Shown: positions 22,771-30,870, counted from the stretch's first letter. The stretch is DNA of 64,000 nt from Nannocystis bainbridge (GCF_028368995.1 NZ_JAQNDL010000003.1:2528001-2592000), one strand, 5' to 3'. Made by a program: numbers and translations. Notes: generated by a model from the sequence alone, not told the origin.

Positions 22771-24426
22771 ATGAAGTCCTCCGCTCGCCTCGCCGCGCCC
22801 GCGCTGCTCGTCGGTCTCGCCGCCGTGCACCTCGCGCTCGCGTGGCCCGGCGCTGGCGAGCGCGGCGTCATCGCCGAGGAGATCACGCCCTACCTGGCGC
22901 GTCACCCCGTCGTGCTCGCCAGCGCCGACGGCGGCGGCGTCCGCCTGCTCCCGCCGCACGATCGACCCGAACATCGCGGCTGGGTCTCGACCGCGCAATG
23001 GCCCAACCTCGCCTACGTCGGTGACAGCCGCACCTGGCCGCTGCTTATTAAAGGCCACCAGAGCGCCCTCGGCACCTGGTATGGCATCGCCGCCGCGCCC
23101 GTCCTCGGCGACGGCATCGCTGGCGTCCGCCGCAGCTCCGTCCTCCTCGGCCTCGCCCTCGTCGGCCTCGTGTTCGCGCTGGCCCGTCGCCTCGGTCTCG
23201 GCCTCGCGCTCGCCAGCGCCGCCGCGCTCGCGTGCGTGCTCTCGCCGGGCCTCCTGTTCTTCGCCCGCACCGGCTACGGCTTCGAGCTCGCCAGCCGCGT
23301 CGCCATGCTCGCCGCGCTCGTCATCGCCGCGCGTCCGCTCACCACCGCGCGCAGCCTCGCGCTCGGCCTCGTCCTCGCCGCCGCGATCCTCTGCCGCGCC
23401 ACCATCGCCGTCACCCTGGTGCCCGCGCTGCTGCTCCTGCTGGTCGCCCGCGGCAATTCCGTGCGCCGCCCCGCGCTCGCCCTCGGCCTCGGCGCTGCCA
23501 TCCCGCTGCTGTTCGCGCTCGTCGTCCAGCTCGCGATCCCGCTGCACGAGGGCACCGCTCCCGCGGCCAAGCTACCGCTCGCCGACCTGGCCCATAGGAC
23601 AGCCGCCGCCCCGGCCACCCTCGCCGCCCAGCTGGCGTGGATCGCCGATCCCAACACGATCCTCCTGCCGCTCGTCGCCGACCTCGCGCGCTCGCCCCTC
23701 CTCGGCCTGGTCTTTGGGACAGCCGTCCTCGCGCTCGCCCTGGCTCGCTGGTGGCGCGCTCGCGCCGGCGACGGCGAATGCATGTTCGTCGCCGCGATCC
23801 TCGGCAACGCCCTGTGCGGCGCCTGGCTGTACGGCGACCCGCAGCAGTTCCAGCTCGGCATGGCCCTGGAGCCCCTGTTCGTGCTCGCCGTCGCCCACCA
23901 ACTGCACTCCCTGCGCTCGCCGCGGATCGCCGCGCTCGCGATCGCCGCCCTGCTGGCCGCCCGCGCCTGGCAATGCGGCGTCCTCCTGGCCGCCGAGCGC
24001 ACCGTCGGCAACCCCATGCTCAGCGGCGCCGCCCAGCGCCAATTGACCGCCGCGCTCCTGGGCCACCACCCCGGCCCCGGCGACATCGTCACCACCACCT
24101 ACAATCACGTCGGCATGCTCGAGGCCTGGGCCCCGCAATCACCACACCCGCCGATTCACGCCTATCGCGCGCTCCGCCGCGGCCGCGACGACGCCGCGGC
24201 GATCTCCGCCTGGACGGCGATCCTCCGCGCCTATCCGGCCCGCTTCATCGTGGTGTCCACCGGCCCCAATCTCTTCGACGGCCCCTTCACCGACAACGCC
24301 GCCACCGAGCGCGCCCTCCACTCCGCCCTGCCCGCCGCGGCCCGGCGAATCGTCGCCCGCCGCGAGTTCGCCTGCGAATCTGGCCGCCCCTGCCTCGCAT
24401 TGCTCGAGCTCTCGCCGCCGCCGTGA
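22771..24426 (+). CDS. Polytopic membrane protein, possibly a GT-C (ArnT/GT39-like) glycosyltransferase
   Basis: One N-terminal TM, acidic EE loop, about 11 further TMs, soluble C-terminus. Confidence 0.55.
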   Translation: MKSSARLAAPALLVGLAAVHLALAWPGAGERGVIAEEITPYLARHPVVLASADGGGVRLLPPHDRPEHRGWVSTAQWPNLAYVGDSRTWPLLIKGHQSALGTWYGIAAAPVLGDGIAGVRRSSVLLGLALVGLVFALARRLGLGLALASAAALACVLSPGLLFFARTGYGFELASRVAMLAALVIAARPLTTARSLALGLVLAAAILCRATIAVTLVPALLLLLVARGNSVRRPALALGLGAAIPLLFALVVQLAIPLHEGTAPAAKLPLADLAHRTAAAPATLAAQLAWIADPNTILLPLVADLARSPLLGLVFGTAVLALALARWWRARAGDGECMFVAAILGNALCGAWLYGDPQQFQLGMALEPLFVLAVAHQLHSLRSPRIAALAIAALLAARAWQCGVLLAAERTVGNPMLSGAAQRQLTAALLGHHPGPGDIVTTTYNHVGMLEAWAPQSPHPPIHAYRALRRGRDDAAAISAWTAILRAYPARFIVVSTGPNLFDGPFTDNAATERALHSALPAAARRIVARREFACESGRPCLALLELSPPP

Positions 24427-24566
24427 TTGTGCGTAGCCCGCACTCGCATTCGTGACTCGGCGCGAATCGTCGGTCCACGCATGCAGAAGGGGCGGCTTCG
24501 CGCAGCTTTTTATTTGACTGCGGGCGCGCCCTCGCGCTTTGATGCGCACTGGAGTGTCTTTTTCTC

Positions 24567-25430
24567 ATGCGTAGCAGCGTGCTGTCGTCTCTGGCCTGTA
24601 TGGCCGTCCTCGCCCTCCCCGGCCTCGCGCACGCCAACGTCGGCGTCGCCTTCGTCCACGGCACTGGCAAGCAGACCAATGCCCTGGCCGACTATTGGAC
24701 GGCCCCGTTCGTCGATTCCGTGCGCCAGGGGCTGCCCAACCCCAGCAATTACGTCGTCATCAATTGCGACTTTGAACAGTACATGTTCGATCCGGAGGCT
24801 GCTGGCTGCCTCGCCGGTCAGCTCACCAGCTTCATCAACACCAAGAAGATCACCTCGATGGTGGTGATCACCCATTCCAACGGCGGCAACGTGATCCGGT
24901 GGATCCTCTCCAACCCCACCTACGATAGTCGCTACCCCAAGATCATCAACACCATCCGGTGGGTCGACGCCCTCGCGCCCTCGAGCCTCGGCACCCCGCT
25001 GGCCGACGCCGTCACCGCCGGCAACAGCTTCGAGAAGTCGCTCGGCTGGCTGCTCGGCTACAAGAGCGAGGCCGTGACCATGCAGCAGACCAGCCACATG
25101 GCCTTCTACAACAGCAACTACCTCTACGGCACCGCCGGCCGGCCCGCGCTCCCGCGCGAGCTGTGGTCCATCGTCGGCACCGACGTCGACTCCTCGCCCC
25201 TCGACAACGACTCCTACTGCGGCGGCTACTCGCTCAACGTCGGCCTCGAGACCACCCAGAACTGGCTCGACGCCTGCTCCGACGGCTTCCTCGAGTGCAG
25301 CTCGCAGGCCGGCGCCGGCTACGTGTGGTTCTACGACACTGAATTCGCGATCGGCGGCGAACCGCTGAGCCACGCCCAGAGCCGTCGCAATTGCTTCGGC
25401 CTCGACGTCGTCCTGCGCAACGACGTCTGA
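24567..25430 (+). CDS. Secreted lipase-like alpha/beta hydrolase
   Basis: Signal peptide (AHA); FVHG; THSNGG; GTPLAD; C-terminal DG and SH. Confidence 0.8.
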   Translation: MRSSVLSSLACMAVLALPGLAHANVGVAFVHGTGKQTNALADYWTAPFVDSVRQGLPNPSNYVVINCDFEQYMFDPEAAGCLAGQLTSFINTKKITSMVVITHSNGGNVIRWILSNPTYDSRYPKIINTIRWVDALAPSSLGTPLADAVTAGNSFEKSLGWLLGYKSEAVTMQQTSHMAFYNSNYLYGTAGRPALPRELWSIVGTDVDSSPLDNDSYCGGYSLNVGLETTQNWLDACSDGFLECSSQAGAGYVWFYDTEFAIGGEPLSHAQSRRNCFGLDVVLRNDV

Positions 25431-25476
25431 TCTGTCTTCTCCTTCGCCGCCCGCTCCTTCACGAGGATCTTCCGTC

Positions 25477-26727
25477 ATGCTGACCCGCCTCTGTCTCCTC
25501 TCGCTCGGCGCCGCCCTGCTCGCCGCTCCGACCGCCGCTGCCGCCCCCGCCGCTCCCGACGTCCGCCTCTCCGCGCCTGTGGCCGGCGACATCGCCGGCG
25601 ACCGCCTCGCCACTGAGGTCCCCGCCGTGTCCGCCGCCATCGATCGCGCGCCCGTGGCGATGAGCTGGCCGATCGACCAGGCCGCCGACGACCTCCAGAG
25701 CCGACCTGCGGCCCACCGCGCCGAGAGCCGCGTCTGGTGGCGCCGCTTCGAAGTCGCCGCCCTCGCCAAGGGCGTCTCGCTGCCGATCAGCGAGCCCGGC
25801 GCGCTGCTCAAGCTCAGCCCGCAGGACGGCGCCAGCATCGGACTCGACGCCCTCGAGCTCGTCGATGCGCAGGGCCGCGTGCTCGCTGGCGCCGACGCCC
25901 TCAAGCCGCTCGTCGACCCCAGCCACCTGCGCAGCGCCGGCGCCCCCTTCGCGCCCGGCACCGCCATGTTCACCCTCCGCCCCGACCTCGGCGTCGGCGC
26001 CTTCGTGCTGCGCGCCCGCGTGCGCTCCGCCGTGCTCGTGCACGTGCTCGAGCGCGACGCCGGTGCTTACCTGTCCCTCGAGCCAGACGCCGACCTCGCG
26101 CTGGTCGGCGGGCGGCTGCAGGTGCGCGCGCACCTGCGCGACGGCGAGGCTGTCCTCAAGGCCAGCTCGATCAAGGGCGAGCTCATCGCCCCCGACGGCG
26201 AGATCACCCGCTTCGACCTCGCCCGCGCCGCCGACGGCAGCTATCGCGCCGAGCTCGCCGCCCCGCGTCGCGCCGCCGCCCCGGGCGCCCTGCACACGCT
26301 CCAGGTCCACGCCGAGGGCGTCACCGCGCGCGGCGTCCCGGTCCGGCGCACGGTCACCAATGCGGTCTCCATCGCCGCGCCCACCGCCCGCTACACCGGC
26401 GGCGTGACGGTCGAGGACAGCGGCGACGGACGTCTGCGCATTCGCCTCCAGGTCGAAGTCGGCGCCGCCAGCCGCTTCGGCGCCGCCGCGGTCCTCCACG
26501 GCACCAATCGCGGCGGCAAGCTCCAGCCGCTCGGCGTCGGTCAGGCCGCGGATTGGCTCGAGCCCGGCCCCGGTGAGCTCGTGCTCGAATTCGACGAGGC
26601 CACGCTCAAGGCCGCCGGCCTGCGCGGCCCCTACGAGCTCCGCGACCTCCGCCTCGTCGATCAGGGCCGCCTCGCCACCGTCCATCGTCAGGCCCGCGCG
26701 CTGGCGCTCCCGACCGCGCGACGCTGA
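25477..26727 (+). CDS. Secreted DUF4785-like protein (partner of the upstream hydrolase)
   Basis: Signal peptide; ESRxWW, GALLKLSP, PYELRDLRLVDQ motifs recalled for this family. Confidence 0.65.
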   Translation: MLTRLCLLSLGAALLAAPTAAAAPAAPDVRLSAPVAGDIAGDRLATEVPAVSAAIDRAPVAMSWPIDQAADDLQSRPAAHRAESRVWWRRFEVAALAKGVSLPISEPGALLKLSPQDGASIGLDALELVDAQGRVLAGADALKPLVDPSHLRSAGAPFAPGTAMFTLRPDLGVGAFVLRARVRSAVLVHVLERDAGAYLSLEPDADLALVGGRLQVRAHLRDGEAVLKASSIKGELIAPDGEITRFDLARAADGSYRAELAAPRRAAAPGALHTLQVHAEGVTARGVPVRRTVTNAVSIAAPTARYTGGVTVEDSGDGRLRIRLQVEVGAASRFGAAAVLHGTNRGGKLQPLGVGQAADWLEPGPGELVLEFDEATLKAAGLRGPYELRDLRLVDQGRLATVHRQARALALPTARR

Positions 26728-26853
26728 TCTGTCCCAAGGGACATCTCACCGGACCTCCTGTGTGGTCCGGCGCTCGCCGAGTCGCCGGACCGCACGACGA
26801 CTCGGCCGCTCGGACAGTTGCGCCCGTCAGCGCGATCGGTAAGCTGGGCGGCT

Positions 26854-27906
26854 ATGAGTTCAAAATGCCTCGCCCTAACTCACGCCTTAATCGCCGTCCA
26901 GCTCGCCGCCTGTGGTGAGCCCGTGACCCAGGGCGACACGGGCAACATGAGCGACGGCTCGTCGACCACCGACGGCAACCTGACCGCGACGACCGTCCCG
27001 ACCACCGGCCCGACCGGCAGCGGCAGCGAGACCGGCACGAGTGACAGCGAGGGCAGCGGCAGCAACAGCGACACGCAGGCCACCACCTCGACCAGCACCA
27101 CCGACCCGCTCACCGGCACGAGCGCGACCGACAGCACGGCGACCACCACGCCCGGCACGACCACGCTCGACACCACCACGCTCGACACCACGACGACCAC
27201 CGACTCGACGACGTCGACCGCGAGCACCACCGGCGAGACCGCGACCGACACCACCGACGGCACCACGAGCACCACCGATGGCGGCACCACGGGCGACCCG
27301 GTCGGCTGTGGTGATTCGCTGACCGCGGTCATCCGCGACTTCAAGCTCGCGCACCCCGACATGGAGGATTACTGCTGCGGCCAGGTCGACGGCCTCGTCC
27401 AGCCTACCCTCGGCCCCGACAAGAAGCCCGCGTTCAAATCGGTCGGCAACCCCAAGATGCTCACCGACGCGCCGACCTTCGCGCAGTGGTACAACGACGT
27501 CGCCGACGTCAATCATAAGACCCAGATCTCCCTGAACCTGGTCGAGATTCAGCCCGGTCTCTACTCGTACACCAACAACGATTTCTTCCCGGTCGACAAT
27601 ATGTTGTGGGGCAACGAGGGCCAGAACCACAACTTCCACTTCACGACCGAGATCCACACCAAGTTCCAGTACGCCGGCGGCGAGACCTTCACCTTCCAGG
27701 GCGACGACGACGTGTGGGTCTTCATCGACGGTGACCTCGTCATCGACCTGGGCGGCGTCCACGGCGTCGCCAGCGGCACCGTCGACCTCGACGACCTCGG
27801 CCTCCAGCTCGGCGACATCTACAACCTCGACGTCTTCCACGCCGAGCGCCACACCGTGCAGTCGAACTTCCGCATCGACACCACGATCTGCGCCGTCCCG
27901 ATGTGA
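26854..27906 (+). CDS. Fibro-slime (PA14-like) domain lipoprotein
   Basis: LAAC lipobox; [35 protein letters not shown]. Confidence 0.9.
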   Translation: MSSKCLALTHALIAVQLAACGEPVTQGDTGNMSDGSSTTDGNLTATTVPTTGPTGSGSETGTSDSEGSGSNSDTQATTSTSTTDPLTGTSATDSTATTTPGTTTLDTTTLDTTTTTDSTTSTASTTGETATDTTDGTTSTTDGGTTGDPVGCGDSLTAVIRDFKLAHPDMEDYCCGQVDGLVQPTLGPDKKPAFKSVGNPKMLTDAPTFAQWYNDVADVNHKTQISLNLVEIQPGLYSYTNNDFFPVDNMLWGNEGQNHNFHFTTEIHTKFQYAGGETFTFQGDDDVWVFIDGDLVIDLGGVHGVASGTVDLDDLGLQLGDIYNLDVFHAERHTVQSNFRIDTTICAVPM

Positions 27907-28212
27907 CCGGCCGCTGAATCCGCCCGCGACCTCGCCCTCGATGACCGAGCGCGAGGTCGCGTCGCGACTGCGACCGACCCTCGCGCGGATCAGCGCCGCC
28001 TCTCGAGCACGAGTTGAACTCGAATGAGAGCGATATCGAGGCGCGCGGGGCTGCCCGCCCCTTGCCATCGCCCGCCGAGGGACCATCTTCGCACATGCGT
28101 GGTCCTCGTTCGCGAGTCCGCGGCCCCGGCGTCCGGGCCCAGCGATACGGCTCGATACATTCCGATTCATTAGGATAGGAAATCGCCCCAGCTTCTCCCC
28201 GAGGTTCGCAGG

Positions 28213-28270
28213 CAACCTGTTGAAATCATGCATGTTGGCCACCCGATTGACGGCTGGCCTGTTGCGTGCT
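28213..28270 (+). promoter_or_regulatory. Candidate sigma54 (-24/-12) promoter with upstream IHF-like site
   Basis: TGGCCTGTTGCGTGCT (GG-N10-GC) at 28255-28270. TTTCAACAGGTTG on the minus strand at 28213-28225 is one mismatch from WATCAANNNNTTR. Confidence 0.5.
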
Positions 28271-28284
28271 CAAGTGGGGTCAAG

Positions 28285-28625
28285 GACCTGCGTCATGGCA
28301 CCGATCGCCGTCACCACGAAAGATACGCACCAGCCCGTCGCCAGAGATGCGATGGGTAAGCGTATTCAAACGTGGCGACGTGGTCGCGGGTGCTGAAGCA
28401 GAGCACTGCAACCGTCCGCGACCACGAAGTCGGCGAGCGTCCAACTGGCGGCAAAACGAAGCGCCGCCAGACGCTCAGTTCGCGGCGCGTCGATCGTTCG
28501 TCTCCTCCGCGAGCTTCTTCCAGGTCGCCCTCGCTTCCGGGTTCGGAAGACCGGGGCCACACCTCGGGCCTGCGTCGAAAGACGCTGGCATCGGCCAACT
28601 CGGCCGGATTCGCGTCGTCGACGCG
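28285..28625 (+). ncRNA. Unassigned ~340-nt multi-helix structured RNA or leader preceding the tRNA array
   Basis: At least 10 helices visible by eye, a closing helix GACCTG/CAGGTC and a GAAA tetraloop; no credible ORF. Confidence 0.65.
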
Positions 28626-28626
28626 C

Positions 28627-28644
28627 GTTCTTTTACAACTGAAT
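28627..28644 (+). promoter_or_regulatory. rRNA-operon-type boxA antitermination-like element
   Basis: GTTCTTTTACAACTGAAT resembles rrn boxA (GYTCTTTRAMAA); preceded by a hairpin at 28611-28625. Confidence 0.55.
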
Positions 28645-28665
28645 CGTGGAAGAGGAAGAGAAGAT

Positions 28666-28734
28666 TGCGTCGTCGGGCGGCCCCGACCCTCGGCTCTGAC
28701 CCGAGGCTTGCTGGATCGACACCAGCCGGCGCAA
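28666..28734 (+). tRNA. tRNA-Gln(CUG), compact and atypical
   Basis: TGCGTCG/CGGCGCA; CTCGG-CT-CTG-AC-CCGAG; T-loop ATCGACA. Confidence 0.75.
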
Positions 28735-28776
28735 TTTCAGTCGCAGGCCCGACCTATCGTCGGCCTGCGCAATCGA

Positions 28777-28847
28777 GGTGCCGTGGCCGAGTGACAGGCA
28801 GCGCTCTCATAAGGCGCCATACGCAGGTTCGTTACCTGCCGGCACCA
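28777..28847 (+). tRNA. tRNA-Met(CAU) (Met versus Ile2 not resolved)
   Basis: GGTGCCG/CGGCACC; GCGCT-CT-CAT-AA-GGCGC; T-loop TTCGTTA. Confidence 0.8.
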
Positions 28848-28863
28848 TCCTCGATGACAAATT

Positions 28864-28936
28864 GGGCTGCGAGCGAAGGCGCTGGCGAACCCTTGCAAGG
28901 TTCGTGTTACATCGGGGGCGGTACCCGAGCGGTCCA
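28864..28936 (+). tRNA. tRNA-Ala(UGC), atypical
   Basis: GGGCTGC/GCGGTCC with G3:U70 and A73; CGAACC-CT-TGC-AA-GGTTCG; T-loop GGCGGTA. Confidence 0.75.
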
Positions 28937-29020
28937 TACGCGGCGTAACGGCGCCTGTTACGTCACAGCGAGCGTTCTGCACACACACGGCGGTCGGAGC
29001 CGTGCTCGCACCGACAACCT

Positions 29021-29108
29021 GGAAGCGTCGTCCAATGGTAGGACAGCAGACCGTTAATCTGCCTGGGCAATCGCCCACTCGATGCAAGTTCGATCCTTGC
29101 CGCTTCCG
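29021..29108 (+). tRNA. tRNA-Asn(GUU) with long variable arm
   Basis: GGAAGCG/CGCTTCC, G73; GCAGA-CC-GTT-AA-TCTGC; V-arm TGGGC-AATC-GCCCA. Confidence 0.8.
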
Positions 29109-29113
29109 CTCCT

Positions 29114-29186
29114 GGGCCGATGGGACAGATGGATGTTCAGCGGGTTCTTACCCCGCCTCAGGCTGGATCGTTACCAGCTCGGCTCG
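29114..29186 (+). tRNA. tRNA-Lys(CUU)
   Basis: GGGCCGA/TCGGCTC; GCGGG-TT-CTT-AC-CCCGC; T-loop ATCGTTA. Confidence 0.8.
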
Positions 29187-29220
29187 TATCTCTTATTTAT
29201 TCTATAATCATTAGCAAACT

Positions 29221-29308
29221 GGGCTCCGGCCAGGACGGGAATGGGGCGGACTTTTAATCCGCATGCCGGGCGCTTGCGCTCGACCGAGTTCGACTCTCGG
29301 GGAGCTCT
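29221..29308 (+). tRNA. tRNA-Lys(UUU) with long variable arm
   Basis: GGGCTCC/GGAGCTC; GCGGA-CT-TTT-AA-TCCGC; V-arm CGGGCG-CTTG-CGCTCG. Confidence 0.8.
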
Positions 29309-29355
29309 TATATCTTCAATAACACTCTCGTTCGCGGCTCGAATGGGCCGCTCTT

Positions 29356-29429
29356 GCCGCCGTAGGGGAGTTGGAGTCTCCGCCTCGTTGTCAGCGAGGA
29401 GATCGCGGGTTCGAGTCCCGCCGGTGGCG
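29356..29429 (+). tRNA. tRNA-Asp(GUC) copy 1
   Basis: GCCGCCG/CGGTGGC, G73; CCTCG-TT-GTC-AG-CGAGG; TTCGAGT. Confidence 0.9.
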
Positions 29430-29471
29430 TTGTTCATTGATATCGATATCTCGGCCCGTACGGGCCGATTT

Positions 29472-29545
29472 GCCGCCGTAGGGGAGTTGGAGTCCTCGCC
29501 TCGTTGTCAGCGAGGAGATCGCGGGTTCGAGTCCCGCCGGTGGCG
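29472..29545 (+). tRNA. tRNA-Asp(GUC) copy 2
   Basis: Near-identical to copy 1. Confidence 0.9.
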
Positions 29546-29577
29546 TCGATCCATCTCTGCCAGCAGGGCCATTCTTT

Positions 29578-29651
29578 GCCGTCGTAGGGGAGCTGGAGTC
29601 CCCGCCTCGTTGTCAGCGAGGAGATCGCGGGTTCGAACCCCGCCGGTGGCG
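29578..29651 (+). tRNA. tRNA-Asp(GUC) copy 3
   Basis: Near-identical to copies 1 and 2. Confidence 0.9.
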
Positions 29652-29658
29652 CTCGAGC

Positions 29659-29727
29659 AGGGGCGCGCGTGGTGTGCTACGCGAGGCTTTGAACCTCGTA
29701 AGGAGAGTTCGAACCTCTCCGCCCCTT
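29659..29727 (+). tRNA. tRNA-Gln(UUG), compact
   Basis: AGGGGCG/CGCCCCT; CGAGG-CT-TTG-AA-CCTCG; TTCGAAC. Confidence 0.75.
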
Positions 29728-29800
29728 ACCCCTCGGATTTATCTTCGACTCTGATGAATCTTCCACCCGACGTGATTCGTATCTGAATCATCGAACATTC

Positions 29801-29871
29801 GCCGATGTGGCCTAGTGACTGGGCGTCACCCTTCCAAGGTGAAGACGCGGGTTTGATTCCTGCCATCGGCT
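29801..29871 (+). tRNA. tRNA-Gly(UCC)
   Basis: GCCGATG/CATCGGC, U73; TCACC-CT-TCC-AA-GGTGA; T-loop TTTGATT. Confidence 0.85.
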
Positions 29872-29885
29872 CTCTGTGAACCTCT

Positions 29886-29957
29886 GCAGTTCAGGTCTTG
29901 TCAGTGAGACGCGTGGTTGCCTACCACGAGGGCCCGGTGCGACCCCGGGGAGCTGCT
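29886..29957 (+). tRNA. tRNA-Gly(GCC)
   Basis: GCAGTTC/GAGCTGC, U73; CGTGG-TT-GCC-TA-CCACG; T-loop TGCGACC. Confidence 0.78.
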
Positions 29958-29969
29958 CTACCGTGAATA

Positions 29970-30037
29970 GCCCTTGCTCCAAGGGGGCGCGCTGCTTGGT
30001 ATGTAGCGATGTCCGGGAGCGTTACCCGGCGAGGGCT
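29970..30037 (+). tRNA. tRNA-Thr(GGU), reduced D-arm
   Basis: GCCCTTG/CGAGGGC; GCTGC-TT-GGT-AT-GTAGC; T-loop AGCGTTA. Confidence 0.7.
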
Positions 30038-30047
30038 TTTGAATCTT

Positions 30048-30120
30048 GCCCCCCAAGCATCAATGGTGATGCGCCGCCCTCGTAGCGCGGAATCGCCGGG
30101 TTCGATCCCCGGGAGGGGCT
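30048..30120 (+). tRNA. tRNA-Thr(CGU)
   Basis: GCCCCCC/GAGGGGC; loop CT-CGT-AG; TTCGATC. Confidence 0.8.
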
Positions 30121-30135
30121 ACCTTTTGAAAGGCC

Positions 30136-30207
30136 GGTCCACGAGCTCCCCGGTCGAGCGCCTGCCTGACATGCAGGAGGTACGAGGTTCGATTCCTCGA
30201 TGGACCA
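30136..30207 (+). tRNA. tRNA-Val(GAC)
   Basis: GGTCCAC/ATGGACC, A73; CCTGC-CT-GAC-AT-GCAGG; TTCGATT. Confidence 0.85.
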
Positions 30208-30230
30208 CTCGTTTCCAGTCTGGACAATCT

Positions 30231-30302
30231 GCTCTCGTCGTCTAATAGATAGGGCCCAGGTCTACGGAGCCTGCGATGGTGGTGCGATTCCACCCGAGAG
30301 TA
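30231..30302 (+). tRNA. tRNA-Arg(ACG)
   Basis: GCTCTCG/CGAGAGT; CAGGT-CT-ACG-GA-GCCTG; T-loop TGCGATT. Confidence 0.82.
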
Positions 30303-30322
30303 CTCATTTTGATAAAGACAAT

Positions 30323-30394
30323 GGCCTCGAAGTGTATGAGATTGCACGCGACCGTCCGAAGGTCGTGGACCGGGTGCGACTCCCGGCGGGGCTG
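30323..30394 (+). tRNA. tRNA-Arg(CCG)
   Basis: GGCCTCG/CGGGGCT; CGACC-GT-CCG-AA-GGTCG; T-loop TGCGACT. Confidence 0.8.
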
Positions 30395-30415
30395 CCGGGC
30401 CTGCTTGCGGGTCAC

Positions 30416-30488
30416 GCTCGCGTAGCTCAGCTGGACGAGCATTGGTCTTCTATACCATCGGACGCAGGTTCGAACCCTGCCGCGAGTA
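30416..30488 (+). tRNA. tRNA-Arg(UCU)
   Basis: GCTCGCG/CGCGAGT; TGGT-CT-TCT-AT-ACCA; TTCGAAC. Confidence 0.87.
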
Positions 30489-30514
30489 TCTTCGTTCGTT
30501 TGAATCGTTCATCC

Positions 30515-30586
30515 AGGGGAGAGGTGTTGATGGTGACATGCGGGACTCCAACTCCTGCGAACCGGGTTCGAGTCCCGGCTCCCCTG
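30515..30586 (+). tRNA. tRNA-Trp(CCA)
   Basis: AGGGGAG/CTCCCCT, G73; CGGGA-CT-CCA-AC-TCCTG; TTCGAGT. Confidence 0.87.
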
Positions 30587-30616
30587 TCTTGCATGGGCCC
30601 GGTGCTTCCGGGCCGT

Positions 30617-30682
30617 GGAGCCCGTTCTGGTGGAACGTCGCGGCGCTGCCGCGGTCGTCGGTTCGAGTCCGGCGGGGCTTCT
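30617..30682 (+). tRNA. Minimal tRNA-like RNA with GCU (Ser) triplet, no variable arm; identity uncertain
   Basis: GGAGCCC/GGGCTTC; GTTC-TGGTG-GAAC; TCGCGGC-GCT-GCCGCGG; canonical T arm GTCGG-TTCGAGT-CCGGC. Confidence 0.5.
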
Positions 30683-30683
30683 T

Positions 30684-30754
30684 TGGGCTAAAGCTCGTGA
30701 GAAGAGCGGTGCTCTGTGACAGCACAGGAGAGGGGGCGGAACCCTCTAGCCCAC
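30684..30754 (+). tRNA. tRNA-His(GUG) without encoded G-1
   Basis: TGGGCTA/TAGCCCA, C73; GTGCT-CT-GTG-AC-AGCAC; T-loop GGCGGAA. Confidence 0.78.
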
Positions 30755-30776
30755 CCGCGCGCCAACCGGCGCGCAC

Positions 30777-30848
30777 GCCCGCGTAGCTCAACGGAAGAGC
30801 GGCGTTCTCACACATCGCAGGTCGGGGGCTCGACACCCTCCGCGGGCA
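30777..30848 (+). tRNA. tRNA-Val(CAC)
   Basis: GCCCGCG/CGCGGGC, A73; loop CT-CAC-AC; T-loop CTCGACA. Confidence 0.8.
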
Positions 30849-30870
30849 ACGAACGTCTTCGTAACAACCT

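Noticed and set aside
28445-28490. Frame reading QNEAPPDAQFAA resembles a tmRNA tag
   Set aside because: No stop follows FAA, and no tRNA-like acceptor or T arm of tmRNA is present
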